The notes under the pieces: model-generated | Seen by the model: the letters and a program-made list of their open reading frames with translations, nothing else | Told to the model about the DNA's origin: nothing | Database searches by the model: none | Made by a program: the position numbers and the translations under genes | Shown: piece by piece, positions 9,010 through 17,531 of the stretch | How the letters are laid out: every line of letters begins with the position of its first letter | Numbering within the stretch: position 1 is the first letter of the stretch | Sequence record: OZ035940.1 | Length of the DNA: 32,000 bases | Reading direction: 5' to 3' (one strand)

Positions 9010-10026
9010 ATGATAACTAATAATCTTATGTTAACAATAATAAGTGTATTTCTTAATTTAATTGATGTATTATGTGTTATTTTACCAGTTCTTCTGGCTG
9101 TAGCTTTTATGACTATTATTGAGAGAAAACAATTAGCTGCCCATCAAAGAAGAGTAGGACCCAATACAGTAGGGTATTATGGTATACTTCAACCATTTGC
9201 TGATGCTCTAAAATTAATCCTTAAGGAGACTGTAATACCATCTCAATCCAATAAAGTATTATTTTATTTAGCACCTGTTTCTACATTAGTATTCAGTTTA
9301 TTAGGTTGGGGAATAATACCTTTTGGACAAGGGTTAGCTATCTCTGATTTTTCATTAGGAATTTTATACACCTTTGCCTTATCCTCATTAGGTGTATATG
9401 GGGTATTATTAGCAGGTTGGTCAGCTAATTCTAAATATGCTTTTTTAGGTTCACTTAGATCTACTGCAGCTATGATATCATATGAATTAATTTTAAGTTC
9501 AGCAATACTTATTATTATTTTATTAACTGGTTCTTTAAATTTCACTACTATAATAGAAAGTCAACAAGCTATTTGGTTTATTGTTCCATTATTACCTGTG
9601 TTTATATTCTATTTCATAGCTATTTTAGCTGAAACTTCAAGAACACCTTTTGATTTACAAGAGGCTGAATCAGAACTAGTTGCTGGTTTTTTCACTGAAC
9701 ATTCTTCAGTACCTTTTGTTTTCTTCTTCCTAGGTGAATATTCATCTATTGTATTATTTAGTTGTTTAACTGCTATTTTATTTCTTGGTGGATATAATAT
9801 TCCAGAATTATTTATAAATGATTCTTTCTTAAATCTTCAAGCAATTATATTAGGTTTGAAAACTTGTATATTCTGTTTTTTCTTTGTATGGTTTAGAGCT
9901 ACTTTACCTAGATTAAGATATGATCAATTAATTGATTTATGTTGGTTAAATCTATTACCAGTTGCTGTTGCCTTTATTATACTAATTCCTAGTATTTTAA
10001 TAGCTTTTGATATTTCACCTTATTAA
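9010..10026 (+). CDS. nad1: NADH dehydrogenase subunit 1
   Basis: The 338 aa translation carries conserved ND1 blocks (ERKQLAAHQRRVGPN, GILQPFADALKL, GWSANSKYAFLGSLRSTAAMISYE, ETSRTPFDLQEAESELVAGF, LPRLRYDQL). It has no introns and ends in TAA. Confidence 0.96.
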   Translation: MITNNLMLTIISVFLNLIDVLCVILPVLLAVAFMTIIERKQLAAHQRRVGPNTVGYYGILQPFADALKLILKETVIPSQSNKVLFYLAPVSTLVFSLLGWGIIPFGQGLAISDFSLGILYTFALSSLGVYGVLLAGWSANSKYAFLGSLRSTAAMISYELILSSAILIIILLTGSLNFTTIIESQQAIWFIVPLLPVFIFYFIAILAETSRTPFDLQEAESELVAGFFTEHSSVPFVFFFLGEYSSIVLFSCLTAILFLGGYNIPELFINDSFLNLQAIILGLKTCIFCFFFVWFRATLPRLRYDQLIDLCWLNLLPVAVAFIILIPSILIAFDISPY

Positions 10027-10050
10027 TATTTTATCTTAATCTTTGGATTT

Positions 10051-10057
10051 AACCCCT
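10051..10057 (+). promoter_or_regulatory. C-rich cluster (aacccct) 25 nt downstream of the nad1 stop; candidate 3' end processing motif
   Basis: One of several C clusters placed shortly after stop codons in otherwise C-poor spacer DNA (see findings). Confidence 0.3.
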
Positions 10058-10669
10058 AATTATAAGTGTTATAAGTTTTGAAAGGTTTATCTAAATTATA
10101 ATTATTTAAAACTTTGCTTTGTTTAAATCATTTGTTATTTATTTTAAGATAAGAATATTAGATAATTTAGTCTTTTATTTTACTATTTAACTATTAATTA
10201 TAGAAAAATATATATTTAAAAAAATACTAATTAAATATGTAGTTGTGCCTTTAATTTTTATACTATATTATTATAAAATAAACGAGTATACTAAACTTAA
10301 ACCTTATAAATAAATTAAGTGGTATCCATATAATGCTAAATTTACTAAACAAAAATAAAATTGATCCCTTTATTTATATATTTTTATATTATAACTATTT
10401 TATCATATATTTAATATTAAATTATTTATTCTAATTAGTGTCAAATTGGGTGTATTTTAATTTATTTTATTTAAAGAGAGAATTTAAAGATGAACTGTAT
10501 TTATTTTTTATAGTAAAATTTTTTATTAGTTTATATTTAATTAAATATTTTTAATATTATTTACTTAGATATTATAGATATAGTTGTAACAATTGTGAGA
10601 TAAATTGGGCTATTTGTATAATCTGGTTATATTCTTAATACTATCTTTTCTAATTTAGATTTTGCTGAT

Positions 10670-10777
10670 ATGTTTACAGTAGGATCTTTAATTTCTGCTG
10701 GCATAGTAATTATTTATTCAATTAAAACTTTACAAAATTCAAGTGGAATAGTTGTAGCGGCTACTGGTTTATTTTAA
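10670..10777 (+). CDS. small hydrophobic ORF of 35 codons (MFTVGSLISAGIVIIYSIKTLQNSSGIVVAATGLF), speculative
   Basis: ATG..TAA ORF within a frame open from 10622. Codons are locally GC-richer (gta gcg gct act ggt) in an AT-rich spacer. It is below the 60 aa cutoff of the ORF track. Confidence 0.2.
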   Translation: MFTVGSLISAGIVIIYSIKTLQNSSGIVVAATGLF

Positions 10778-10899
10778 TATAGAGTTATCAGTAATGTAAT
10801 TTCTATGCCTTATAATGTAAATTATACTATTAAAACTCTACCAGTAGAAATTTAATTTGAAGGTTTTAATTAATTATATGCCAATAAATATTACTCATG

Positions 10900-10930
10900 A
10901 AAAAAACAAAACAAAACAAAACAAAACAAA
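10900..10930 (+). repeat. (AAAAC)5 microsatellite, member of the A/C tract family
   Basis: C residues fall at 10907, 10912, 10917, 10922 and 10927, separated by four A each. Confidence 0.9.
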
Positions 10931-11091
10931 TATTTTTTTATTAAATAAATTCCCCTCAAATTAAATATAAATAGTTGTCCAACATATATAAACTTAATAA
11001 TTAGACCATAAAAATAAATTAAAAAACATCCTTAAATACGCTAATTATTTCTGTTTATCTAAGACCAGATATAAATTGAATGAAAACCTTT

Positions 11092-11322
11092 AATTTTAAC
11101 ATTAAAAGAAGTTAAGTAATAAAAATTTATAAAATTATAAAAAAAAATTGAAAGTCTATAATTTAAATGGTAGAATTATCTTCTGGTTGATGAGTAGGTA
11201 GAAGTTCAAATCTTCTTAGGCTTAATAATAGTAAACAAACAAATATCGTAATAATGCCAAGAAAATTATTAAAGTAAAATTTAATAATTTCATCTAAAAA
11301 AATAAGATTATATTTAAATAAA
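11092..11322 (+). repeat. copy 2 of the ~230 bp dispersed repeat carrying the trnI-like paralog
   Basis: See 7295-7520. The flanks are better conserved than the anticodon-arm region of the embedded tRNA-like sequence. Confidence 0.9.
11152..11224 (+). tRNA. trnI-derived tRNA-like paralog with a non-canonical anticodon arm (possible pseudogene or remodelled tRNA)
   Basis: The acceptor (aagtcta/taggctt), D arm (attt-aaatggta-gaat) and T arm (agaag-ttcaaat-cttct) are intact. The 22 nt between them (atcttctggttgatgagtaggt) gives no clean 5 bp stem with a 7 nt loop. The ttgatga loop is retained but displaced by an apparent 4 nt insertion. Confidence 0.4.
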
Positions 11323-11537
11323 TAAAAATTAAATATAATTACTAAATAATAAATAATAAATACTAATAAACAAAAACTTTTTAAAATAAATAGTGATATA
11401 TTATCACGGTTTTAATAATTTATCTTAATTAAAACCTAAATTAAATATTAAATTTATGCCTCTTTATATTAAAAATATTATAAACATAGAAAATATTTAA
11501 TGAATAAAATAAACACAAAAATAAATAAAAATAAAAA

Positions 11538-12713
11538 ATGAGAATATTAAAAACACATGTATTGCTTAGATTATTAAATTCCTATCTAGTGGATTCACCT
11601 CAACCGGCAAATATTAGTTATTTATGGAATTTTGGATCTTTATTAGCTGTCTGTCTAATAATACAAATTCTTACTGGAGCTTTCTTAGCTATGCATTATA
11701 CACCTAATGTTGATTTTGCCTTTAATAGTGTAGAGCATATTATGAGAGATGTAAATAATGGATGGATAATTAGATATACCCATGCTAATGTAGCATCCTT
11801 TTTCTTTATCTTTGTTTATATGCATGTAGGTAGAGGATTATACTATAGTTCATATAAAACACCAAGAGTTTTAGTTTGGTCAATAGGAGTAATCATTTTA
11901 ATACTTATGATGGCTATAGCATTTTTAGGTTATGTATTGCCTTATGGTCAAATGTCACTGTGGGGTGCTACTGTGATTACTAATCTATTATCAGCTATAC
12001 CTGTATTTGGACAAGATATTGTAGAATTAATCTGGGGTGGATTTAGTGTAAATAATGCCACTTTAAATAGATTCTTTTCTTTACATTATTTATTACCTTT
12101 CTTATTAGCAGCCTTAGCTGTAGCCCATTTAATAGCTCTACATGTTCATGGATCAAATAATCCAAATGGTGTAACTTCACATGGAGATAGAATTGCAATG
12201 CATCCTTATTTTACTTTTAAAGATTTAATTACTATTTTTGCATTTTTCTTAGTGTTATCAGTTATTGTATTCTTCTATCCTAATTTATTAGGTCATTCAG
12301 ATAATTATATACCAGCTGACCCTATGGTTACTCCTGCATCAATTGTGCCAGAATGGTATCTTTTACCATTTTATGCTATTTTAAGATCAATACCAAATAA
12401 ATTGTTAGGAGTAGTAGCTATGTTTGGTTCATTAGTAATATTATTAATATTACCTTTAACAGATTTATCTAGAATAAGAGGGAATCAATTTAGACCAGCT
12501 ATGAAATTAGCTTTCTGGTTTTTTGTAGTTGATTTTATAATTTTAATGTGGATTGGATCTCAGCATCCTGAGACACCTTATTTAGAGATAGGGCAATTTT
12601 CAACAGCATTTTATTTTTCTTGGTTTTTAATAATTGTACCTTTAATAGGAATAATTGAAAATACATTAATAGATGTAGCCACTGAAGATAACAATCATTT
12701 GACAAAAATTTAA
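11538..12713 (+). CDS. cob: apocytochrome b
   Basis: The 391 aa translation is full length and colinear with cytochrome b ([47 protein letters not shown]). It has no introns. Confidence 0.97.
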   Translation: MRILKTHVLLRLLNSYLVDSPQPANISYLWNFGSLLAVCLIIQILTGAFLAMHYTPNVDFAFNSVEHIMRDVNNGWIIRYTHANVASFFFIFVYMHVGRGLYYSSYKTPRVLVWSIGVIILILMMAIAFLGYVLPYGQMSLWGATVITNLLSAIPVFGQDIVELIWGGFSVNNATLNRFFSLHYLLPFLLAALAVAHLIALHVHGSNNPNGVTSHGDRIAMHPYFTFKDLITIFAFFLVLSVIVFFYPNLLGHSDNYIPADPMVTPASIVPEWYLLPFYAILRSIPNKLLGVVAMFGSLVILLILPLTDLSRIRGNQFRPAMKLAFWFFVVDFIILMWIGSQHPETPYLEIGQFSTAFYFSWFLIIVPLIGIIENTLIDVATEDNNHLTKI

Positions 12714-12720
12714 TTACTAC

Positions 12721-12732
12721 CAACCCCCTTTC
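12721..12732 (+). promoter_or_regulatory. C-rich cluster (caaccccctttc) 8 nt downstream of the cob stop; candidate 3' processing motif
   Basis: A run of five C in AT-rich spacer immediately after the TAA. Confidence 0.3.
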
Positions 12733-14065
12733 TATTTGATACTTTTTTTTATTGTTTTGTTACTGTAGAATTATAGTTTAATACTAAGACTAGAGCTTAT
12801 ATTTAAATTTAAACAGTTTTATAAAGACCAAATTGATATTTTATTTTTGTTGTTTTTATCTATATTATATATTATAAAATCAGATAGTAAAATTTTATTA
12901 TTTATTTCCTTTCATTTTTAATAAAATAGATAAATAATTCTCCTATGCTTCTGAGGCATTAAACACTTATATTTTTTTCAAATGCTTATATTCTCATTAT
13001 TAGCTTTAACTTGTTTTAATTTTGTGTGTGGAGATCTATTAGTTTTACAATTTGTTTTTAAGATCTAGAAACTAAATATCCATATTTTTTTAAGTTCATT
13101 TAATATTTGGAGAAATATTTTTATATTTTTATAATATTTGAAGCTATTTTTGGTATTGTACATTATTGTATTATATAGGGTATTTATAAATTTAGAATTA
13201 TGCGGGATAAATTAAATTAAAGGGATTTGTAAAAAAACACAAAACAAAAAATAAAATTTAAATTAAGAATAAAATCAATTATTATTATTATTATTCTTTC
13301 TAAATATAATATGTCAAATTAAAAAATATTAAACCTAGATCTGTAATAGCTTGTAAAATTTTAAGTAAAAAAACAAAACAAAATAAGAATAATTAACCCT
13401 TCTAGTATCAAGCATTTCTATTTTTATAATACTTGGTTAGTAAAAGAAAAGGGCATAGGAATAAATTAGATTTTCAGGAGCTAAGTCATAGTTAATTTTA
13501 TTTAAATAATTATTATTAATTTATAACTTAACTTTTGTAATTTGTTTAAATTTATAAAGGTTCAAATCCTTTACTCTTTAGATTATATCCAAAAAAAATA
13601 AAATTAAAAACAAATTTTTTTTTATTAATTATTGATATAAGAATCTTACCACAAAGATCAATCTTAAGATGCTAGTTAACTAACTCAATTAGTTTAAATT
13701 TATTTAAATTCTAGTATAAAGTTAGAATTGTGAACAAATCACAAGGCATTTATCTCTAAAATATTAGACTTAACTTATTTACCCTTACTGAAAATTATAA
13801 TCTAGGCTACCACTGATTATAAATTATAAAATATAATACCTTATATTGTATTGAAAGTAATTGGTTAGTTAAAGTTTAAAAAATTATCATAATTTTTTCT
13901 CTAATTATTAATGAATCAATAGGCAAAAAGAAACAAAGGTACTCTATAATATAGTTACCTTAATTCTATTTTGACTGGTACAAGAGTTAAAATTTATAAA
14001 AATAAGATGGGTCAATAAATTTTGTAAGAGAAAATAGTAAATTAAGACTGAAAATAAAAATAAAA

Positions 14066-14824
14066 ATGTTCTTTAATAATATAATTAGTCCTATCTTTAA
14101 TGATGTTGCACAACCCTGGCAATTAGGGTTTCAAGATAGTGCTGCACCAGGTTTCACAGGTCTGGTAACATTGCACAACACTGTAGGATTCTATTTAGTT
14201 GTTATTTGTTTTGCAGTATTCTGGTTTCTTTTCTCTATTATGTATTACTACAGCTCTAATAAGAACCTTATAGCACATAAATATCTAACTCATGGGACAC
14301 TACTAGAATTAATTTGGACTATTACACCTGCATTAATATTAATTGCTATTGCTTTCCCTTCATTCAGATTATTATATTTAATGGATGAAGTTATTTCTCC
14401 TACATTAACTATTAAAGTAGTAGGTCACCAATGGTATTGGTCTTATGAATATTCAGATTTCATAACAGATAGTGGAGAATCTATTGATTTTGATTCTTAT
14501 ATGATACCTGAATCTGATTTAGAATTAGGTCAATTCCGATTATTAGATGTGGATAATAAACTGATAATTCCTGTAGATTGCCATATTAGATTAATTGTAA
14601 CTGGTTCTGATGTTATCCATTCTTATGCTGTACCTTCTTTAGGTTTAAAATTAGATTGTGTACCAGGTAGATTAAATCAAGTATCTTTCTTGGCTGAGAG
14701 AGCTGGTACTTTTTATGGTCAATGTTCAGAAATTTGTGGTGTTTGGCATGGATTTATGCCTATAGTTGTTGAAGCAGTATCTTCTCCTGATTTCTTAGTT
14801 TGGATTGATTCAGCCTCTCAATAA
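14066..14824 (+). CDS. cox2: cytochrome c oxidase subunit 2
   Basis: The 252 aa translation has QPWQLGFQDSA, HQWYWSYEY and the CuA site CSEICGVWHGFMP. It has no introns. Confidence 0.97.
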   Translation: MFFNNIISPIFNDVAQPWQLGFQDSAAPGFTGLVTLHNTVGFYLVVICFAVFWFLFSIMYYYSSNKNLIAHKYLTHGTLLELIWTITPALILIAIAFPSFRLLYLMDEVISPTLTIKVVGHQWYWSYEYSDFITDSGESIDFDSYMIPESDLELGQFRLLDVDNKLIIPVDCHIRLIVTGSDVIHSYAVPSLGLKLDCVPGRLNQVSFLAERAGTFYGQCSEICGVWHGFMPIVVEAVSSPDFLVWIDSASQ

Positions 14825-15072
14825 GCTTATCTTTAATTTTATACTATACTTAATTTATATTACTAAATTATAATACCTAATTTAAATTTTATTTTTTTTT
14901 GCAATAAACAAAATTTAGTTTATAATTAAACAATCTTTATTTTAATTTTTATGTTTTTATTAAATATATTACAAAAATATAAATTTATATTTTATATCCC
15001 CTCTTATTTTTTATTACATATTATAATTTTTTGTGTTAAAAGAGAGATAATTTGAGAAATTTATCTTCATTA

Positions 15073-15127
15073 TCCCCGGATTGTTCATGAAATAGAATCG
15101 AGGGAAATAATGAGTGAAAAAATAACA
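15073..15127 (+). promoter_or_regulatory. copy A of a conserved ~55 nt hairpin-plus-tail element (stem 15073-15082 / 15096-15105, tail agtgaaaaaataa)
   Basis: It aligns with 19271-19327 through shared ggattgttcWtgaaa(a)tagaatYgag and agtgaaaaaataa. The stem is maintained by compensatory changes. It lies 33 nt upstream of the orf74 ATG. Confidence 0.5.
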
Positions 15128-15159
15128 AACAAAAAACAAAAACAAATATACAAATTAAT

Positions 15160-15384
15160 ATGAAAAAATTTAATATAAATATAATGAGATCTATTACAAA
15201 TGTTTTTAAATCTATTATATATTATTTAGATCTTTATATGAACTATATTAAGGATACAGAGGTTAAATTAATAAATTTTGAATTCAGTGATAATAATAGA
15301 TATCTATCTTTTGATTTGACTAATAATTCTTTATTAGAATCTAATTCCGTTTTAAAAAAAAATATACAATACTTTAATGAGTAA
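15160..15384 (+). CDS. hypothetical protein orf74
   Basis: ATG..TAA TAA ORF preceded by hairpin element A and an A/C tract. No recognisable motif. Confidence 0.3.
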   Translation: MKKFNINIMRSITNVFKSIIYYLDLYMNYIKDTEVKLINFEFSDNNRYLSFDLTNNSLLESNSVLKKNIQYFNE

Positions 15385-15783
15385 TAAAGATTTTTTAAAT
15401 TTCGGTTCAAAGAAAGTAATTATTGTTAATGTATTAATTGGTGACTATGTTTTAATTATCATCATAATATTTTAATTACTAATGAGACACCTTTTCACAA
15501 TTATTATAATGAAGTAACAGATATTCTTAATACACATAACAAAGATGGCTATAAAATAGATAAAATACCTAAATTTAGAGTATTAGTGTGGAATGTGGTT
15601 CATTTATCTAATAAATATATTAAAATTACTAATTCAACAATATCACCTTATAATTTAAAGAAATTAAATTTAATTTTGGCTTATTAAAATAATCCCCTGA
15701 TATTAAATAATTAAATAAAAGAGTATGTTCGTAAGAAAAATCATAAAAGGTATAAAATGTCCTAAAAAATAGAAAACAATTAA

Positions 15784-16440
15784 ATGAAAAACTTAAATAA
15801 AAAATCAATTATGTTAGGTATCAAGAAAGGTTATAATATCCCTATTTTACCTGAAAAGGTGAATAGCTTTTATAACTTGTTAATCATAAGAGTCTTTAGA
15901 GTTGTTGGAGGTATATGTTTACTTATTATTTTACTTGAGAAATATCAAAATTTTCCCGAATATTTTAAATACTTAATATTTTTTATAGGTTTAACTCATT
16001 TATTATCAGTTATTATAATCTTTTTAATAAAAATATTTTATGGGATTTATAAGCTAATTTATCATTCTAATGAATTTGAAGTTAGAAATTCACCTTTAAA
16101 TCAGCTAGCAACTCAATTAGGTAAAATTTTCTATTGTGTTAAAATAGGTTGTTCTATTACAGGCGGTGGAGCTGCAGTTTTAGCAGCTGGATCTAGTTTT
16201 GATAGTGTCTTGGAAGCAGCTGGACGTGATAAAATATTTATACCTATGTTAGGTGAAGGGTATAAACACATATTTGGTGAAAAATTAATATATAAATTTG
16301 AAAGTGAGGTAGCAATTCCAAATGATGAGGATAAAAATGGTGTTGACAAAGCTATAAATTCATATTTAAAATTAAATGATAAAGAGAAAATTGAATATTG
16401 GAATGAGATTAGTAAACAAATAGAACAATATAATAAATAA
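15784..16440 (+). CDS. hypothetical membrane protein orf218: two hydrophobic segments followed by the glycine-rich motif ITGGGAAVLAAGSSFDSVLEAAGRD
   Basis: ATG..TAA TAA ORF. The hydrophobic segments are VVGGICLLIILL and YLIFFIGLTHLLSVIIIFLIKIF. The Gly/Ala block at about 16153-16230 resembles the orf123 block. Confidence 0.4.
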   Translation: MKNLNKKSIMLGIKKGYNIPILPEKVNSFYNLLIIRVFRVVGGICLLIILLEKYQNFPEYFKYLIFFIGLTHLLSVIIIFLIKIFYGIYKLIYHSNEFEVRNSPLNQLATQLGKIFYCVKIGCSITGGGAAVLAAGSSFDSVLEAAGRDKIFIPMLGEGYKHIFGEKLIYKFESEVAIPNDEDKNGVDKAINSYLKLNDKEKIEYWNEISKQIEQYNK

Positions 16441-16841
16441 TAAATAGTTATTTGTAGATAACTATTTTATAAAAAGTAATACAATATATTGTGATTCTAA
16501 AGAAGATCTACTATTTAGAAATAAATTAAAAAACAAAGATGATAATTCTATAATATTTAGTAATAGTAGTAACAATGTAATCTTAGCTAACCATAATTCA
16601 AATATTAATGTAAATACGCCTTCAACATTAGATAGGTTAAAAGATTCTAATATTGCTACAACATCAAAAGTTAAAAGTGAAGATTTCATCGATCATATCC
16701 CCTCTAAGAAGGTGATAGAAGTTAGGGAATTAGATCAAATTAATGAAAGACTTTTAAAACTATTTATTTAAGGATTACTCTTCAAATAAAAATTTAATAT
16801 TTAATGATTATTATTATAACAATTTAGTTAATAAATCAATT

Positions 16842-17060
16842 ATGGAATATAGATTGGATACTAATGTAATTAATTTTATAAATGAATATGTTAACATAGT
16901 TGCTAATAAAAATATTAATAGTAAATATATAATTGATTTTATTTTTAATTTATACCAATTAGATTTAGAACCTAAATATATTATAAATAAGATTAAAAGT
17001 CAATATATGTCTGAAATAGATGAATTAGAGAGACTCTTAAATAATAAATATGAAAATTAA
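16842..17060 (+). CDS. hypothetical protein orf72
   Basis: ATG..TAA ORF, N/I/K-rich, no motif recognised. It is the last member of the 15.1-17.1 kb accessory ORF string. Confidence 0.25.
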   Translation: MEYRLDTNVINFINEYVNIVANKNINSKYIIDFIFNLYQLDLEPKYIINKIKSQYMSEIDELERLLNNKYEN

Positions 17061-17531
17061 TTAACATACTCACTTTATCAACCCATATTTGTATTCATTT
17101 TTGTTTTTGTTTCTTTCTACTAATTTGCTTAATATTTTATGTATAATAAAATTTAATAATTTAACAAATATACTAGTCCATCAAAATTGATTAGTTAATT
17201 TTGGTAATAAAAATGAGTAGGTTAAACTATTTTAATAATGAGTTTATTAACTGTAGGTAAAAATAGGAAATAAAATAATTAAATCAACAATTATATTATT
17301 AAAATATATAAAATTTAATCTATTATTTTTATTAAATATAAACTCTCTAAAAGTATAGTGTAAAATTTTAGTTTACACATTAATTTAAGCAATCAGAGTA
17401 AACATTTTTATGTTTAATAGTTATTATCTAGATTTCATTTTAATTATAATTATATAAAAACAAATCAAATATATAATTAAGATAATACTTCTCGATCTCA
17501 TAAAATAAATAATAAAATTTTTATAATAAAT

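Noticed and set aside
9264-9545. 93 aa minus-strand ORF
   Set aside because: It lies entirely antisense to the well-conserved nad1 coding sequence and has no motif. It is a typical shadow ORF.
12535-12723. 62 aa minus-strand ORF
   Set aside because: It is antisense to the 3' end of cob, so it is a shadow ORF.
13556-13580. tRNA-like T arm (aaagg-ttcaaat-ccttt) followed by actcttta
   Set aside because: No complementary 5' acceptor strand (RRRGRGT), D arm or anticodon arm could be found within 70-95 nt upstream. At best it is a tRNA remnant.
16131-16349. 72 aa minus-strand ORF
   Set aside because: It is antisense to the glycine-rich part of orf218. The Pro/Ala-rich translation is the mirror of the Gly/Ala codons, and the + strand reading has the paralogous motif in orf123.
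16462-16689. 75 aa minus-strand ORF
   Set aside because: It lies opposite a longer open + strand frame (16448-16770) in a region where all other genes are on the + strand. It is a low-complexity Leu/Ser-rich product. I could not support it as a gene, although neither strand here has a recognisable product.
17345-17420. Possible tRNA or structured RNA upstream of cox3 (hairpins gtttac..gtaaac and taaacat-tttt-atgttta)
   Set aside because: The hairpins are real but do not assemble into a cloverleaf. AT-rich hairpins of this size are common by chance.
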